From IMG/VR virus record IMGVR_UViG_3300031949_000031, positions 312 to 64,311 of that record: a DNA stretch of 64,000 nucleotides; one strand, given 5' to 3'. Both the position numbers and the translations under genes were made by a program. This DNA comes from a virus (taxonomy: Duplodnaviria > Caudoviricetes). A model generated the notes under the pieces. It did no database searches, had not been told where the DNA came from, and was given only the letters and a program-made list of their open reading frames with translations. Below, one piece after another: positions 30,807 through 41,185 of this stretch (its first letter is position 1; each line of letters starts with the position of its first letter).

Positions 30807-31634
30807 ACGGGACTGTTCACGGAAGATGTCAAAACGAAGATTAGACCCGAGGTTTTGTACGGCGCTCAAACCCTGCAGAACCTTGCCGGACAGACGCCAA
30901 CGATCCCTCAGCAGGGCGTCGCCGAACTGACGCCGATGCAGCAGTTGATCCAGAGCCAGTTGGGGCCCATGCTGGATACGATCAATCAGAGCGGTCGGGA
31001 GGCGACGGACTACTACAGTGACGTGCTCGGCGGCGATTACGACCCTCGCACGAGCCCCTACTACGAAGGTCTGCGCCAGGAGTCCGAGCGTTTGCAGGGC
31101 CAGGGCGTAACAAGTCTTCGCCAGCGCGCGGAACTCGGCGGGATGCTCCAGAGCAGTAACGCCGCCGGGGTCGAAGGGCAATTCGTGAATCAGTCCAACG
31201 CGGCATTCCTGAAAGAACTCGGCGGACTCTATGAGACCGAACGCAACCGTCAGGGGCAGGCGGCGGAAGGGATACAACGGGCAGGCGCCCAGCAGGTCCA
31301 GAACGTCGCCGCGGTCGGGGGTATCGCCGACCAGCAAAGGGTCATCGAGCAGGCCCAGCAGGATGCCCTCTACCAGCAGCTCATCACACAGATTTTGTTC
31401 CCGTATGAACATCAAGCAGAATGGGCCGCGGCGCTGATGGGTATGCCCGGCGGCGTCCAGGTGACGGGCGGCGGATTTACGGACCTCTCGCAAGGCTTGA
31501 TCTTGGGCGGCGTCGTCGCGGGAAGCGTGCTGAATCCTTCCGGCGGGGCGGCGGCAATGACAGGCGGTGGCGGTGGCGGCGGTTACGCCTCCGGTACTTC
31601 CGCGACCGCCACACCAGGGGCAGGCAGATTCTAA
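30807..31634 (+). CDS. DNA ejection/pilot protein, probable ACG start
   Basis: Gln/Gly/Ala-rich, C-terminal hydrophobic Gly-rich segment; frame open to ACG-GGA-CTG-TTC behind an AGGTGA RBS. Confidence 0.7.
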   Translation, partial: TGLFTEDVKTKIRPEVLYGAQTLQNLAGQTPTIPQQGVAELTPMQQLIQSQLGPMLDTINQSGREATDYYSDVLGGDYDPRTSPYYEGLRQESERLQGQGVTSLRQRAELGGMLQSSNAAGVEGQFVNQSNAAFLKELGGLYETERNRQGQAAEGIQRAGAQQVQNVAAVGGIADQQRVIEQAQQDALYQQLITQILFPYEHQAEWAAALMGMPGGVQVTGGGFTDLSQGLILGGVVAGSVLNPSGGAAAMTGGGGGGGYASGTSATATPGAGRF

Positions 31635-31645
31635 GAGGCTCGACT

Positions 31646-32593
31646 ATGACAAGTGTACTTGACCTACGAGAAAATCCGGCACAGCAGATGCAGGTTGTAC
31701 AGGGCGTCGGCGGCGGCATCAGCGATATGCTCAACGCCTATCGTAACCGCAAGATGGAGCAGCGGGTCATCGGCGTCTTGAATGACCCCAATATGAAGGC
31801 CGAGCAGAAGCGGCTGCAACTCCTGAAAGATGCGGATTTCCTGCGCTCGCCGACGGGCCAGAAGATGATGTCCGATGAACTGTCGGGTCAGGCGGCCCTG
31901 CAGATGCAGGAACGGCAGGCGCGGCTGGCGAATCTCCAGGCGGGGACGCGGGCTACGCAGGCGAGAGCCGGTTACTACGAACAGGGCGGGGCAAGAAAAA
32001 CACCGGCCGCAAGCGATCTTACCGCCGACGAGAAAAACTACCTTGACCTGAGTGCAAAACTCGAAGCGGCGAATGATCCCAACGTGAAAAAGGTTATTGA
32101 AACAGCCTTGATACACAACCCCATCTATCAACAGAGGAAAGTTGAGTCGATAGCCGAAGAAGGCCGAAGTGTCTTGCCCACGCTGTTTCCCGATCTCGTC
32201 AAATCACAGACTCGAACCACTCGCCGGGCCGGTGTGTTCGGCGATAAAGTCTATGGTCAGGATGCTTATGCCAAGGCGCTTCAGGCGGCCATTGAAAAGG
32301 GCAATGAAGAATACGGACTTGACCCCGGTGAAACCCAGTCGATGTTCGATACCTGGTGGGACTCTCAATACCAAGCGGAGCAGGGGCAGAGATTCCAGGA
32401 GTTTGCGCCGAGACCTACAGAGGGGGCGCAGGGAATCGAAAATACAGCGGCACAACGGGAACTCGCACCCCTGACGGACGAGCAGGCCCGGCGCAACGCC
32501 AGACCCATAGCGAGCAAGGAAGAATACGACGCCCTGCCGCCGGGGTCGTATTTCATCGCCCCCAATGGAGAGCTGAGGCAGAAAAATGGCTAA
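31646..32593 (+). CDS. Internal virion/ejection protein
   Basis: Helical; C-terminal EEYDALPPGSYFIAPNGELRQK motif; GAGG RBS. Confidence 0.7.
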   Translation: MTSVLDLRENPAQQMQVVQGVGGGISDMLNAYRNRKMEQRVIGVLNDPNMKAEQKRLQLLKDADFLRSPTGQKMMSDELSGQAALQMQERQARLANLQAGTRATQARAGYYEQGGARKTPAASDLTADEKNYLDLSAKLEAANDPNVKKVIETALIHNPIYQQRKVESIAEEGRSVLPTLFPDLVKSQTRTTRRAGVFGDKVYGQDAYAKALQAAIEKGNEEYGLDPGETQSMFDTWWDSQYQAEQGQRFQEFAPRPTEGAQGIENTAAQRELAPLTDEQARRNARPIASKEEYDALPPGSYFIAPNGELRQKNG

Positions 32594-35500
32594 CTGGTGG
32601 GAAGAAGGTTCGACGGCTGTAGCGGTCCCGAAAACGCAGGAGAATTTCTGGGAGAAGGATTCCACGCTTATCGCCGCTGCCGCCCGGCCGGTTGAAACGG
32701 CTATGCCTGAAATTATGGGGCCTCGCTACGAGCGCCGACCTTCAGGGACGCAGATCATCGAGGACACGGCGTTCCCGGCGATTGACCCTGAGATTCTCAA
32801 GGTGGCGCAGGGACTCAAGGCCGGGACGGTGACGCCGCCGGCGGAACCTACGCAGACGGTACGCACAGCAATTCCATCCGGTCAGCCAGCCAAGGCGCCG
32901 TGGCTGATGAAAGCTATTGCCGGCGGCGAAGATGAAGCCCAGGCCCTGATGAAATCGAATCTCTTCCGCAAGCGACCGGATATCGCCGCCAAGTATCAGG
33001 GCGACTCCGCCATGAAGTATTTCATGGACAATCCCGATCAGTCCTTCATTCCGTCAATCTTCAATCTCAAATTGGGGACCGACCGCATCGAGGAGGTCAA
33101 TCAACTCTCGGCCATGACGCGAGAGCAGCGCAAAGAACACTTCACGAAAAAGGGCAAGGTGGATACATCGCAGTTCTTCGGCAAGGAAAAAGACTTGCGG
33201 GAGTATATGCTGTTTTCCGGCGTTCTGAAAGACCTTAAAAGCCGAGAGTTCAAAGAATCCCTTGAACGCTTACAGAAGAATGTTTATCCGCAGGGGGCTA
33301 TCTATGGCGGCGGACCCAGCCCGGACAAAATCAAAGATCAGCTCGTCGTCAGGGACAAACTTCTGAAACTGGAAGAAATGCAGGACCGCGGCGTTGGTCT
33401 GCCGGCCGAGATTCTTGATTCAATAGCCAATATGGGTAAGTACGCCGGCGAAATCTACCTGATGGGCGGCTTGATAGGCGGACCGGCTCCTGCGACACAG
33501 TTAGGCAAAGTGGGTCTGGCGGCGAAGATGGGCGTTACGAACGTCGGCGAATTACTCAATCTCGTCACGGAGCGCATGACGCCTAAAGGTTATCTCGGCG
33601 ATAAAGGCGAATTCGTTCAGACCGAGAAGGGCCAGTCAATAGTAATGGCCTTGCCGAAGTCGCTCCTGGAACAAACGGCAACATACTGGACAGAGCAACA
33701 GGGCGAGGCTATCGGCAAAGGAATCAATTCTGTTTGGGCCAAGAAGATCATGCCCAAACTACCGAAGGGCATAGCATCGCTTATCACGAAATCCGGCAAA
33801 CTGACGGCGCCGTTCTATGATGCCGTTCGCAAGGGCAAGCTCGACGGTATGCTTCCTGAAATGGTCGAGGAATATATTGATCGAGTCATCAAGCCCGTTC
33901 TCAAACTGGACGATCAGTACCGCGACAAGGACGATACGTATCTGACAAACGTAGCCAAGTCGCTAGTTCCTGACCCGCGAGAGCTTCTCATTCAGACGGC
34001 TACTTTTTCCCTGTTGCCCGTGGCGGGGCATGTGACTGGCCTTGTGGCTGGTAAACGAGAGGGAAAGCCCCCCGTCATGCCTGCTGTATCCGCCTTGAAA
34101 CCGCCGCAGGTTGCCCCCGAGGGGGTTACGCCACCGCCGCCCGCTATTGAAACCGGAAAAGCCCCCACAGCCGAAACGGGGGCCGTAGAGCCAGCAGCGG
34201 GAAAGCCATTAACCAGGATGTCTCCAAAGGAACGCAATACTTTCAAACTCGGTATGCGTGCTGCCTTCAAAATGAAAGATGGCCGGATTATCGAAACTGG
34301 TTACGTTCATACAATGCCCGAAGGCATGAAGACTGAGGATATTGCAGAGGTTGGATTCACCCGCCCTGATACCAAAGAATTTCTTACAAGAGAACAAGCA
34401 GGCGAATTGACAGGCATAGATGAAGGTGTCGAACTTGAACAGTTTTCAGAAGAAATCTCTGAAGCGCCACCAGAAGAATTACCAGATAGGGAGTTGGCGG
34501 AAGAATTGCTATCGGCCAGAGAAGACCGACGGCCCAAAGAGGTTGTACCGATTCAGCAGGCCCCTCCCGCTCCCGCCGAAGGCAAGGGTCAACCTGTGCC
34601 CCAGGTAGCGGGAAAGAAGGTGATACAGGCGTATGTAAAGGATGAACAGGGGAATATCTACACTGCAAATACACACGGCGAAGCCTATATGAAAATGGAG
34701 GATGCCGGGGGCACGGAAAAGGCTATCCGAGATTCTGGCTTTGTTGTGGACGGCAAACTGATACCAGATAGCGAAATCAACCGTGGTGAATTAGAGAAAC
34801 AAGGTTATATTTCGCAACCTCCCGCCCCCGCGCCAGCGGCGGGGCAACCTGTGCCCCAGGTAGCGGGAGAACACGTTGTGTATCACGGCGGTCCGGCCAG
34901 TATTGAGACGTTATCAGTAAGTGCTTCTGACTTGACTGACGTTCGGGGCGTTTATTTTAGTGACAACGCGGATACGGCGCAAAGCTACGCGGAGATGCAC
35001 GGCAAAGGTGAAGGCATTGTCCGCCAATACAAAATAACCTTGAAGAATCCCGCCAATAGTCAGATTGTCAATCAGGTCAAAGGTGAACTCGAAGAAGAGG
35101 GTCATCGTGAACCGCAATTATGGGATTTGGTGACGGAAGAATTGAAGGACCGGGGCTATGATGGCGTGATTCAGGAAACCGGAGAGGGAACGGAATATAT
35201 CGTTTTTGATGATGCCGCAATTCAACAGGCCCCCCCCGCCCCCGCCGAAGGCCAGGGGCAGAAGCAGGCGTGGGAAATCAGCGGCGTAGAGGTTACAAGC
35301 GCAGAGGCGGAGAAGACTTTCCCGATAGAAGGCAGCGTCGAAATTGTTAATGGCAAACCTGTTTATAAATACAGCACAACCATAAAGTACGGGGATGCAG
35401 ATAGGACATTTGAGGTCACAAGCAGAGGGTCGCTAAACGGAGTACAGTCCGCTTTGCGATTACATAAGAAGGTCGTCCAGCAAGCTCTCGCCGAAGGCAA

Positions 35501-38500
35501 GCCCGTCCCTCGCAATGTCCTCGAAGAGTACAAGTCCGAACCCTGGGCGCAAGAGGCCCTGCAGAAGGCCGAAGCCGCCCCCGCCGAAGGCCAGGCACAG
35601 AAGCAGGCGTGGGAAATGACGCTTGAGGAATATAGGCAATCTCTGCCCATCCCACCAAGGTCAAACAAGGTTGGCGGCACAAAAGAATTAGACAAGAGTT
35701 ATGCGATTCATAAAGCATCTATCAAAAATGCAATCGAACGTGGAGAAGTGATCCCAGATAGAGTTTTGTCTCCCCGTTATAATAATACAGAATTTAAGGT
35801 GAGACAAGCGGAAGTGCAAGCGGCAAAGAAATTATATGGGGACAGGGATGATGTTGTAAAAAATCAGTATGGAATGCCATTGGAAGTATATAGAGGAGGA
35901 CCCAAATCGGTTGCCGAACTTATACCCAATAAAATAGGTGTCATCTTTTTAACGTCAAATGAAAAAGTGGCGAGTTACTTCGCCAGCGTACATCATAAAA
36001 CATCGTCGGTAGTTTCAACTTACGTCGCCATGAAAAATCCATTGATAGTGGATGCTGGCAAAATAGAAGCCGGTTCCAATCCTGAGAGAATCGAAGGTTG
36101 GATTGAGCAAGCAAAGAAAAATGCAAACGATGGTGTGATAATCAGAAACATAAAAGAATCTGGTTTTCTCGTTGACGACTACATTGTTTTTAACCGTGAA
36201 CAAATTTTACGTAAACCGCAGGCCCCTCCCGCCCCCGCCGAAGGCAAGAAGGCCGAAGCCGCCCCGCCGACGGGGGAAGAAAAGGCTGAAGTCACTGAGC
36301 AGGAGGCCCCTGAACCTGTGCGCATCATGGCCCAGCGCCAGGCGAACAAGACGAACAAGCGGGTCGGCATCTACCTCGGCAAAGACAAGAAGTGGCACAC
36401 GTTCACGACGCTCAATCCGCCGAAGGGCGTCAAAGAATACGAAGCGGTGACACCGGAAACTCCCGAGATGGAACAGCAGAAGCAAGAGGCATTGAAGGTT
36501 GCAAGAAAGAACGTCAGGGAACATCTGACGGATACTGAGAAAAAGGCTCCCGCAGCGCCCGAGGCCGAGACGAAAAGGGGCCCCATCACCGCCGCCGAGA
36601 AGGACGCCCTCCGCGCCAAGGGCTACAGCGTCCAGGACATCCTCAAGATGACGCCGGCAGAGGCGAGGGGGAAGTTGGAAGGGCCTGAGAAGCCCAAAGG
36701 CGGCGGGGCAGGTGGTTCCTCTGTTGCCGCCGCATCTGCCGAAGCGACGGGATCAGGTTACGGCACGATTGCCGCCAGCGAAAAGAGTGCGTTCAGCGAG
36801 AAGACTGACCACAAACGTCTCAATGCGGAGATGCCGGCCAGACCATCGTTGCAGATCATCGACAACACGCTCAAGATCGCTGCACCCGCTATCCGTGGCG
36901 AACAAGCCAGGGCGACGGCTCGTGTTGTGCGAAAGAATCTCGGTCAACTGGCGCAGGAAACATCAGTGCTTCACGAGACACTGAAAAAGGCTCATCGTGC
37001 CTTTACGTTTATGAAGCGCGATGACGTTTACAGTTTCATCGACCGCATGGAGAACGGCCAAGCTCAATCGACGCCGAAGTTGGAAGAGATTTCCAGGAAG
37101 TTGCGAGAGCTTTTGGATGACCGCAGGGATCGTGTGCAGGGACTCGGCAAGGGATTGCTCGAACACTTTTATGAGAACTACTTCCCCCATATCTGGAAGA
37201 ATCCCAAAGGTGCCGAGGCCGTCATTCGTCAATTCTTCACCAAGCGGCGCCTTCAAGGCCCCAAATCGTTCCTCAAGAAGCGAACGATTATGACGGTGAA
37301 GGAAGGTCGAGAATTGGGTCTTGAATTGGTCAGTGAGAATCCCGTCGATCTGGTGCTGCTCAAGCTCCACGAGATGGATCGTTTCCTGATGGCGCATCGC
37401 ATCATTCAGGACATGAAGAGCCGAAGCCTTATCAAGTTCGTCTATTCGAGACTGAAGGCCCCCGATGGCTATATCAAAATTGACGACCGGGCATTCACCG
37501 TCTATATGCCGCCGGAGATCACCAAGAAGGAAGCCTACGATGCGCTACTGGTCGATCAACTTATGGATGTCGCCCGGAGTATGGGAATCGACACGCAACG
37601 GTTTGTCTCTATCGGCGGTAAACGATGGGGTTTTGCTCAATGGCCGCATGGTGCGCCCGGAAGTGGACCGTTCAAGGTCAGAACGAAATACGCCGGGCCG
37701 GAGTCTGTACTGGCCCATGAAATAGGACATATCCTCGGAGCCAAGTACAATCTCTACGATACATTGCGGCGCGTCAAAGAGGGTGGATTCAGAACCGTCA
37801 GTCGCGGCGAAAAGGCAGGCGAGCAGAAGTTCGTTCCCGCCCAAGAAGCCGTTGAGCATCGCAAGACGATTGACAAGGAGTGGAGAGCGTTAGCTGACGC
37901 CCGCTACAAAGGGCAGGACGTCGGGCCGGGGTTCAAGGGATACGTTCGTAAGGCCGAGGAAAAAGAGGCTGTCATGCTCGAAGCCCTGATTCATGCCCCC
38001 GATGAATTCAAGGCGATTGCCCCGACGCTGCATAACTTGTTCACGAAGTTTCTCAACAGTCACTCCGAACTGCGCCCCATCCTGGATATGAAACCATCTT
38101 TGGTTCTCGGCCAGTCCGATGCCCAGATCAAGATACCAGGCTTTACGGTCCTCGGTCATTACTATGCGCCCGAACCTGCTGCACGGTTGCTCAACAACTA
38201 CCTGTCACCGGGTCTGCGAAATAATGAAAATCTGCTCCTGAGCGGCGGTTACAATATGCTCCGCAAAGGCGGGAACATCCTGAATCAAGCGCAGCTTTCG
38301 CTGAGCCTCTGGCACGCACTAGATACGACCATTGACACGATGAACTCGACGATGGCGATGGGCATTCGGCGGCTGATGACGCCGGAACAAAGATTGGCGG
38401 GTCTCGGCAATATCCTCTCGGCGCCTTTGGCTCCAATTCTGCGTACCTGGGATGGCATAAGGTTGCGCAGGGCCTACCGAAACCAAATAGACACGATTGA

Positions 38501-39959
38501 AGACCCCAGATTGCGAAGTTTGGTAGAAGCCGTCGTTCTGGCCAATGGGAGAGATAAGCTCGATCCCTTCTACTATAACCATGCCACGAAGAATCTGACC
38601 AACACTCTCAGTCAGATTATCAGGGGTAGCGGACTCGAAAAACTTTCGGGGATACTTCGGTTGCCGGCGGACGCAGTCACTTCGACGTTGGAAGTCTTGG
38701 CTAAGCCGCTGATGGAATGGTATGTCCCCAGCGGCAAAATGGGCGTATTTTCAGTCATGGCCGAACATGAGATGAAACGCGCCATGACGGGCCAGATTAG
38801 CGATGAACAGTTGCATGAGCGCCTCGTCCGAAGTTGGGATAGTGTTGATAACCGAATGGGCGAACTTGTCTATGACAACCTCTTTTGGAACAAAACCCTC
38901 AAGGACATCCTGATGCTCTCAATGCGTTCTGTCGGTTGGAACTTAGGTTCATTCCGTGAATACGGCGGCGCGCCTATCGACATTCTGATGACCAAGCAGC
39001 GACTCAATCGCGGCGATTTGTGGCTGAGTCTCAAGATGTCCTATACCATAAGTTCGGTGTTGCTCTACGGGATGATCGGCGCGACCATCATGTATCTACT
39101 GACGGGCAAGGGACCCGATGACGACCGAGACTATTTCTTCCCGAAGACAGGCCGCAAGAATCCCGATGGTTCGGATGAACGGCTATCTCTTCCTACCTAC
39201 GCAAAGGACTGGTACGGCTTTGGGCTCCAACCTATTCAACAGACAAGAAACAAGGCGCATCCCTTCTGGAGCGTTCTGAATGATCTTGTTCAGAATAAAG
39301 ACTTTTTCAACGTCCAGATTCGAGACCCGAAAGACCCACTCTCGAAACAGATTCTCGCCGTAGCAAAACATTTGGGTGCTGAATTTCTGCCGCTCTCAGC
39401 GAAGAACTATCAGAAGATGCAGAAGGCCGAACCGGGCCAACAGGGCAAAAACTTGTGGGTATCGCTAACGGGAATCACATCGGCCCCGTCGTACATTACA
39501 CGCTCGCCAGCCCAGAAGTTGATGTACCGATACATCGTCGAGAAAATCCCTGACAAAACAGTCTCAACGGAGCAATATGAATTGCGGATGTATCGCAACA
39601 ATCTCAAAACACTTTTGCGCAAGGGCGCGCCTGTTGACCCAATTGAAGCCAAAAAGCGATTGGGTCTTACGGAATGGAATCGACTCAAGACCGAAGCGAA
39701 GAAGGACCCGTTTGCGGAATCGTTTTCTCGCCTGGGTTTGGAAGAAGCCCTAAACGTCTTTGCAATAGCAAGCCCGGAAGAGAAGGCAAAAGTCGGCACG
39801 ATCTTACGGACAAAATACACTAACGCAGAGAGCAAAACAAAGACGCCTGAGATCAAAGAGCTTTACAACCAACTTCAAGGCCAGCAACAGTCATCGTCTC
39901 AAGGTGGCCTGACTTCGGCAGAGATTCTCAGGCTTATTCAGGAGCAACAACAGAAATAG
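32586..39959 (+). CDS. Giant polyvalent ejection protein with two ADP-ribosyltransferase-like domains and an HExxH motif
   Basis: VYHG..GVYFS..LKNP..GYDGVI..YIVFD; VYRG..IFLTS..MKNPL..NDGVII..YIVFN; AHEIGH. Confidence 0.8.
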   Translation: MANWWEEGSTAVAVPKTQENFWEKDSTLIAAAARPVETAMPEIMGPRYERRPSGTQIIEDTAFPAIDPEILKVAQGLKAGTVTPPAEPTQTVRTAIPSGQPAKAPWLMKAIAGGEDEAQALMKSNLFRKRPDIAAKYQGDSAMKYFMDNPDQSFIPSIFNLKLGTDRIEEVNQLSAMTREQRKEHFTKKGKVDTSQFFGKEKDLREYMLFSGVLKDLKSREFKESLERLQKNVYPQGAIYGGGPSPDKIKDQLVVRDKLLKLEEMQDRGVGLPAEILDSIANMGKYAGEIYLMGGLIGGPAPATQLGKVGLAAKMGVTNVGELLNLVTERMTPKGYLGDKGEFVQTEKGQSIVMALPKSLLEQTATYWTEQQGEAIGKGINSVWAKKIMPKLPKGIASLITKSGKLTAPFYDAVRKGKLDGMLPEMVEEYIDRVIKPVLKLDDQYRDKDDTYLTNVAKSLVPDPRELLIQTATFSLLPVAGHVTGLVAGKREGKPPVMPAVSALKPPQVAPEGVTPPPPAIETGKAPTAETGAVEPAAGKPLTRMSPKERNTFKLGMRAAFKMKDGRIIETGYVHTMPEGMKTEDIAEVGFTRPDTKEFLTREQAGELTGIDEGVELEQFSEEISEAPPEELPDRELAEELLSAREDRRPKEVVPIQQAPPAPAEGKGQPVPQVAGKKVIQAYVKDEQGNIYTANTHGEAYMKMEDAGGTEKAIRDSGFVVDGKLIPDSEINRGELEKQGYISQPPAPAPAAGQPVPQVAGEHVVYHGGPASIETLSVSASDLTDVRGVYFSDNADTAQSYAEMHGKGEGIVRQYKITLKNPANSQIVNQVKGELEEEGHREPQLWDLVTEELKDRGYDGVIQETGEGTEYIVFDDAAIQQAPPAPAEGQGQKQAWEISGVEVTSAEAEKTFPIEGSVEIVNGKPVYKYSTTIKYGDADRTFEVTSRGSLNGVQSALRLHKKVVQQALAEGKPVPRNVLEEYKSEPWAQEALQKAEAAPAEGQAQKQAWEMTLEEYRQSLPIPPRSNKVGGTKELDKSYAIHKASIKNAIERGEVIPDRVLSPRYNNTEFKVRQAEVQAAKKLYGDRDDVVKNQYGMPLEVYRGGPKSVAELIPNKIGVIFLTSNEKVASYFASVHHKTSSVVSTYVAMKNPLIVDAGKIEAGSNPERIEGWIEQAKKNANDGVIIRNIKESGFLVDDYIVFNREQILRKPQAPPAPAEGKKAEAAPPTGEEKAEVTEQEAPEPVRIMAQRQANKTNKRVGIYLGKDKKWHTFTTLNPPKGVKEYEAVTPETPEMEQQKQEALKVARKNVREHLTDTEKKAPAAPEAETKRGPITAAEKDALRAKGYSVQDILKMTPAEARGKLEGPEKPKGGGAGGSSVAAASAEATGSGYGTIAASEKSAFSEKTDHKRLNAEMPARPSLQIIDNTLKIAAPAIRGEQARATARVVRKNLGQLAQETSVLHETLKKAHRAFTFMKRDDVYSFIDRMENGQAQSTPKLEEISRKLRELLDDRRDRVQGLGKGLLEHFYENYFPHIWKNPKGAEAVIRQFFTKRRLQGPKSFLKKRTIMTVKEGRELGLELVSENPVDLVLLKLHEMDRFLMAHRIIQDMKSRSLIKFVYSRLKAPDGYIKIDDRAFTVYMPPEITKKEAYDALLVDQLMDVARSMGIDTQRFVSIGGKRWGFAQWPHGAPGSGPFKVRTKYAGPESVLAHEIGHILGAKYNLYDTLRRVKEGGFRTVSRGEKAGEQKFVPAQEAVEHRKTIDKEWRALADARYKGQDVGPGFKGYVRKAEEKEAVMLEALIHAPDEFKAIAPTLHNLFTKFLNSHSELRPILDMKPSLVLGQSDAQIKIPGFTVLGHYYAPEPAARLLNNYLSPGLRNNENLLLSGGYNMLRKGGNILNQAQLSLSLWHALDTTIDTMNSTMAMGIRRLMTPEQRLAGLGNILSAPLAPILRTWDGIRLRRAYRNQIDTIEDPRLRSLVEAVVLANGRDKLDPFYYNHATKNLTNTLSQIIRGSGLEKLSGILRLPADAVTSTLEVLAKPLMEWYVPSGKMGVFSVMAEHEMKRAMTGQISDEQLHERLVRSWDSVDNRMGELVYDNLFWNKTLKDILMLSMRSVGWNLGSFREYGGAPIDILMTKQRLNRGDLWLSLKMSYTISSVLLYGMIGATIMYLLTGKGPDDDRDYFFPKTGRKNPDGSDERLSLPTYAKDWYGFGLQPIQQTRNKAHPFWSVLNDLVQNKDFFNVQIRDPKDPLSKQILAVAKHLGAEFLPLSAKNYQKMQKAEPGQQGKNLWVSLTGITSAPSYITRSPAQKLMYRYIVEKIPDKTVSTEQYELRMYRNNLKTLLRKGAPVDPIEAKKRLGLTEWNRLKTEAKKDPFAESFSRLGLEEALNVFAIASPEEKAKVGTILRTKYTNAESKTKTPEIKELYNQLQGQQQSSSQGGLTSAEILRLIQEQQQK

Positions 39960-39980
39960 ACACCACTGGAGTTTACGGCA

Positions 39981-40265
39981 ATGGCACCACGGAACGGCAA
40001 CATTGTGAAATGGGTAGCGATTTTCATTGGTCTGGCTATGGCAGCGGCGGGCTGGGTCTATTCGCTCGGCGTCCAGGGCGAAAAGCTCAAAAGCAACTGC
40101 GCCGATGACGCCAAGGTGCATCAGCAGGTCCCCGTCCTGGATACCCGCGTTACAAGGGTCGAGGAGAACGTCAAATCCATCAATCAGAACATTGCCGAAC
40201 AGAAGACGATGCAGCAGCAGATTCTCAACAAGCAGGACCAAATCCTCTGGGAACTCCAGCGATGA
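39981..40265 (+). CDS. TM + coiled-coil protein (holin/chaperone-like)
   Basis: Single TM segment followed by coiled coil; end of late operon. Confidence 0.6.
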   Translation: MAPRNGNIVKWVAIFIGLAMAAAGWVYSLGVQGEKLKSNCADDAKVHQQVPVLDTRVTRVEENVKSINQNIAEQKTMQQQILNKQDQILWELQR

Positions 40266-40659
40266 GCGACTGGAACCAGCATTGCGCTGTGATCCGCCGG
40301 GAGCTGACGGCCCTGGAAAAGGACGGCCATCTGGTCGAGGGGCCGGTGGCTGTCGCCCACGGCGATATGGAGTTGGACCTCTACGAACTTGAAAAGGGCT
40401 TTGCCGATATCGAATTCATGCACAGACGAACACAGACAGACCTCCTTTCGTAGGCGGCCTCATGTAGCCCCGAGCGCCCTCCTCCCGCTCCGCATGGGGC
40501 CGCTGTTTTAGTAGCACAAAATCACAAAACGTGCTACGCCCGCGAAGTGCTAAAAGAAAAAACATGAACGAACAGAAAAAGTTCTAACCGCAAGTCTTGT
40601 CGTATTCTATACTTAGCGTTATATGGTAAAAAAATGTACAAAAAATGCAAAGTAGGGCA

Positions 40660-40688
40660 TTGACAAATGCCGACAGGATTCGTAGGCT
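40660..40688 (+). promoter_or_regulatory. Sigma70-type early promoter
   Basis: TTGACA-N17-TAGGCT preceded by A tracts. Confidence 0.75.
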
Positions 40689-40694
40689 AAATAT

Positions 40695-40871
40695 ATGAAG
40701 ACGATTAGAAACAAACGATTTGTAGTTCAAGTGACGGAGACGGAACATCGCACGATTCAACGCTGTGCACGTTCCGGGGGTTTTAGGACAATGGCGGACT
40801 GGTTTATGACGGTGCTTGCAGATATCAGCGCGGGGCGACTCAAATATCGCAAACGCCTCTTGCGGAAATAG
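40695..40871 (+). CDS. Ribbon-helix-helix regulator, leaderless (58 aa, not in ORF track)
   Basis: Manual translation MKTIRNKRFVVQVTETEHRTIQRCARSGGFRTMADWF... Confidence 0.65.
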   Translation: MKTIRNKRFVVQVTETEHRTIQRCARSGGFRTMADWFMTVLADISAGRLKYRKRLLRK

Positions 40872-41185
40872 GCCCACCGACGCGGGCTGGCGAAATCGGG
40901 AAAAGGTTATACGGAGGTGTCACATGACCGGACCAGAAATGCTACACGAGATCGAGAGGCGGGAATATTACCGGCTACAGCACATCAAGAGTCTTCAACT
41001 GAACAAACTGTTCTGGAAGGTACTGGTGCCGGTTATGGTTATTGTGGGCTGCCTGCTATTGATTGCCGGGCACATCAGCGAACTATGGCAGGCGTTTAGG
41101 TGAAATAGGCACACTCAGACGTGGGGCGGCTCCGGGACCACTCCAAGCACTCCTCCGCCGGGGCCGCCCAGATTTTCGAGGCAAG

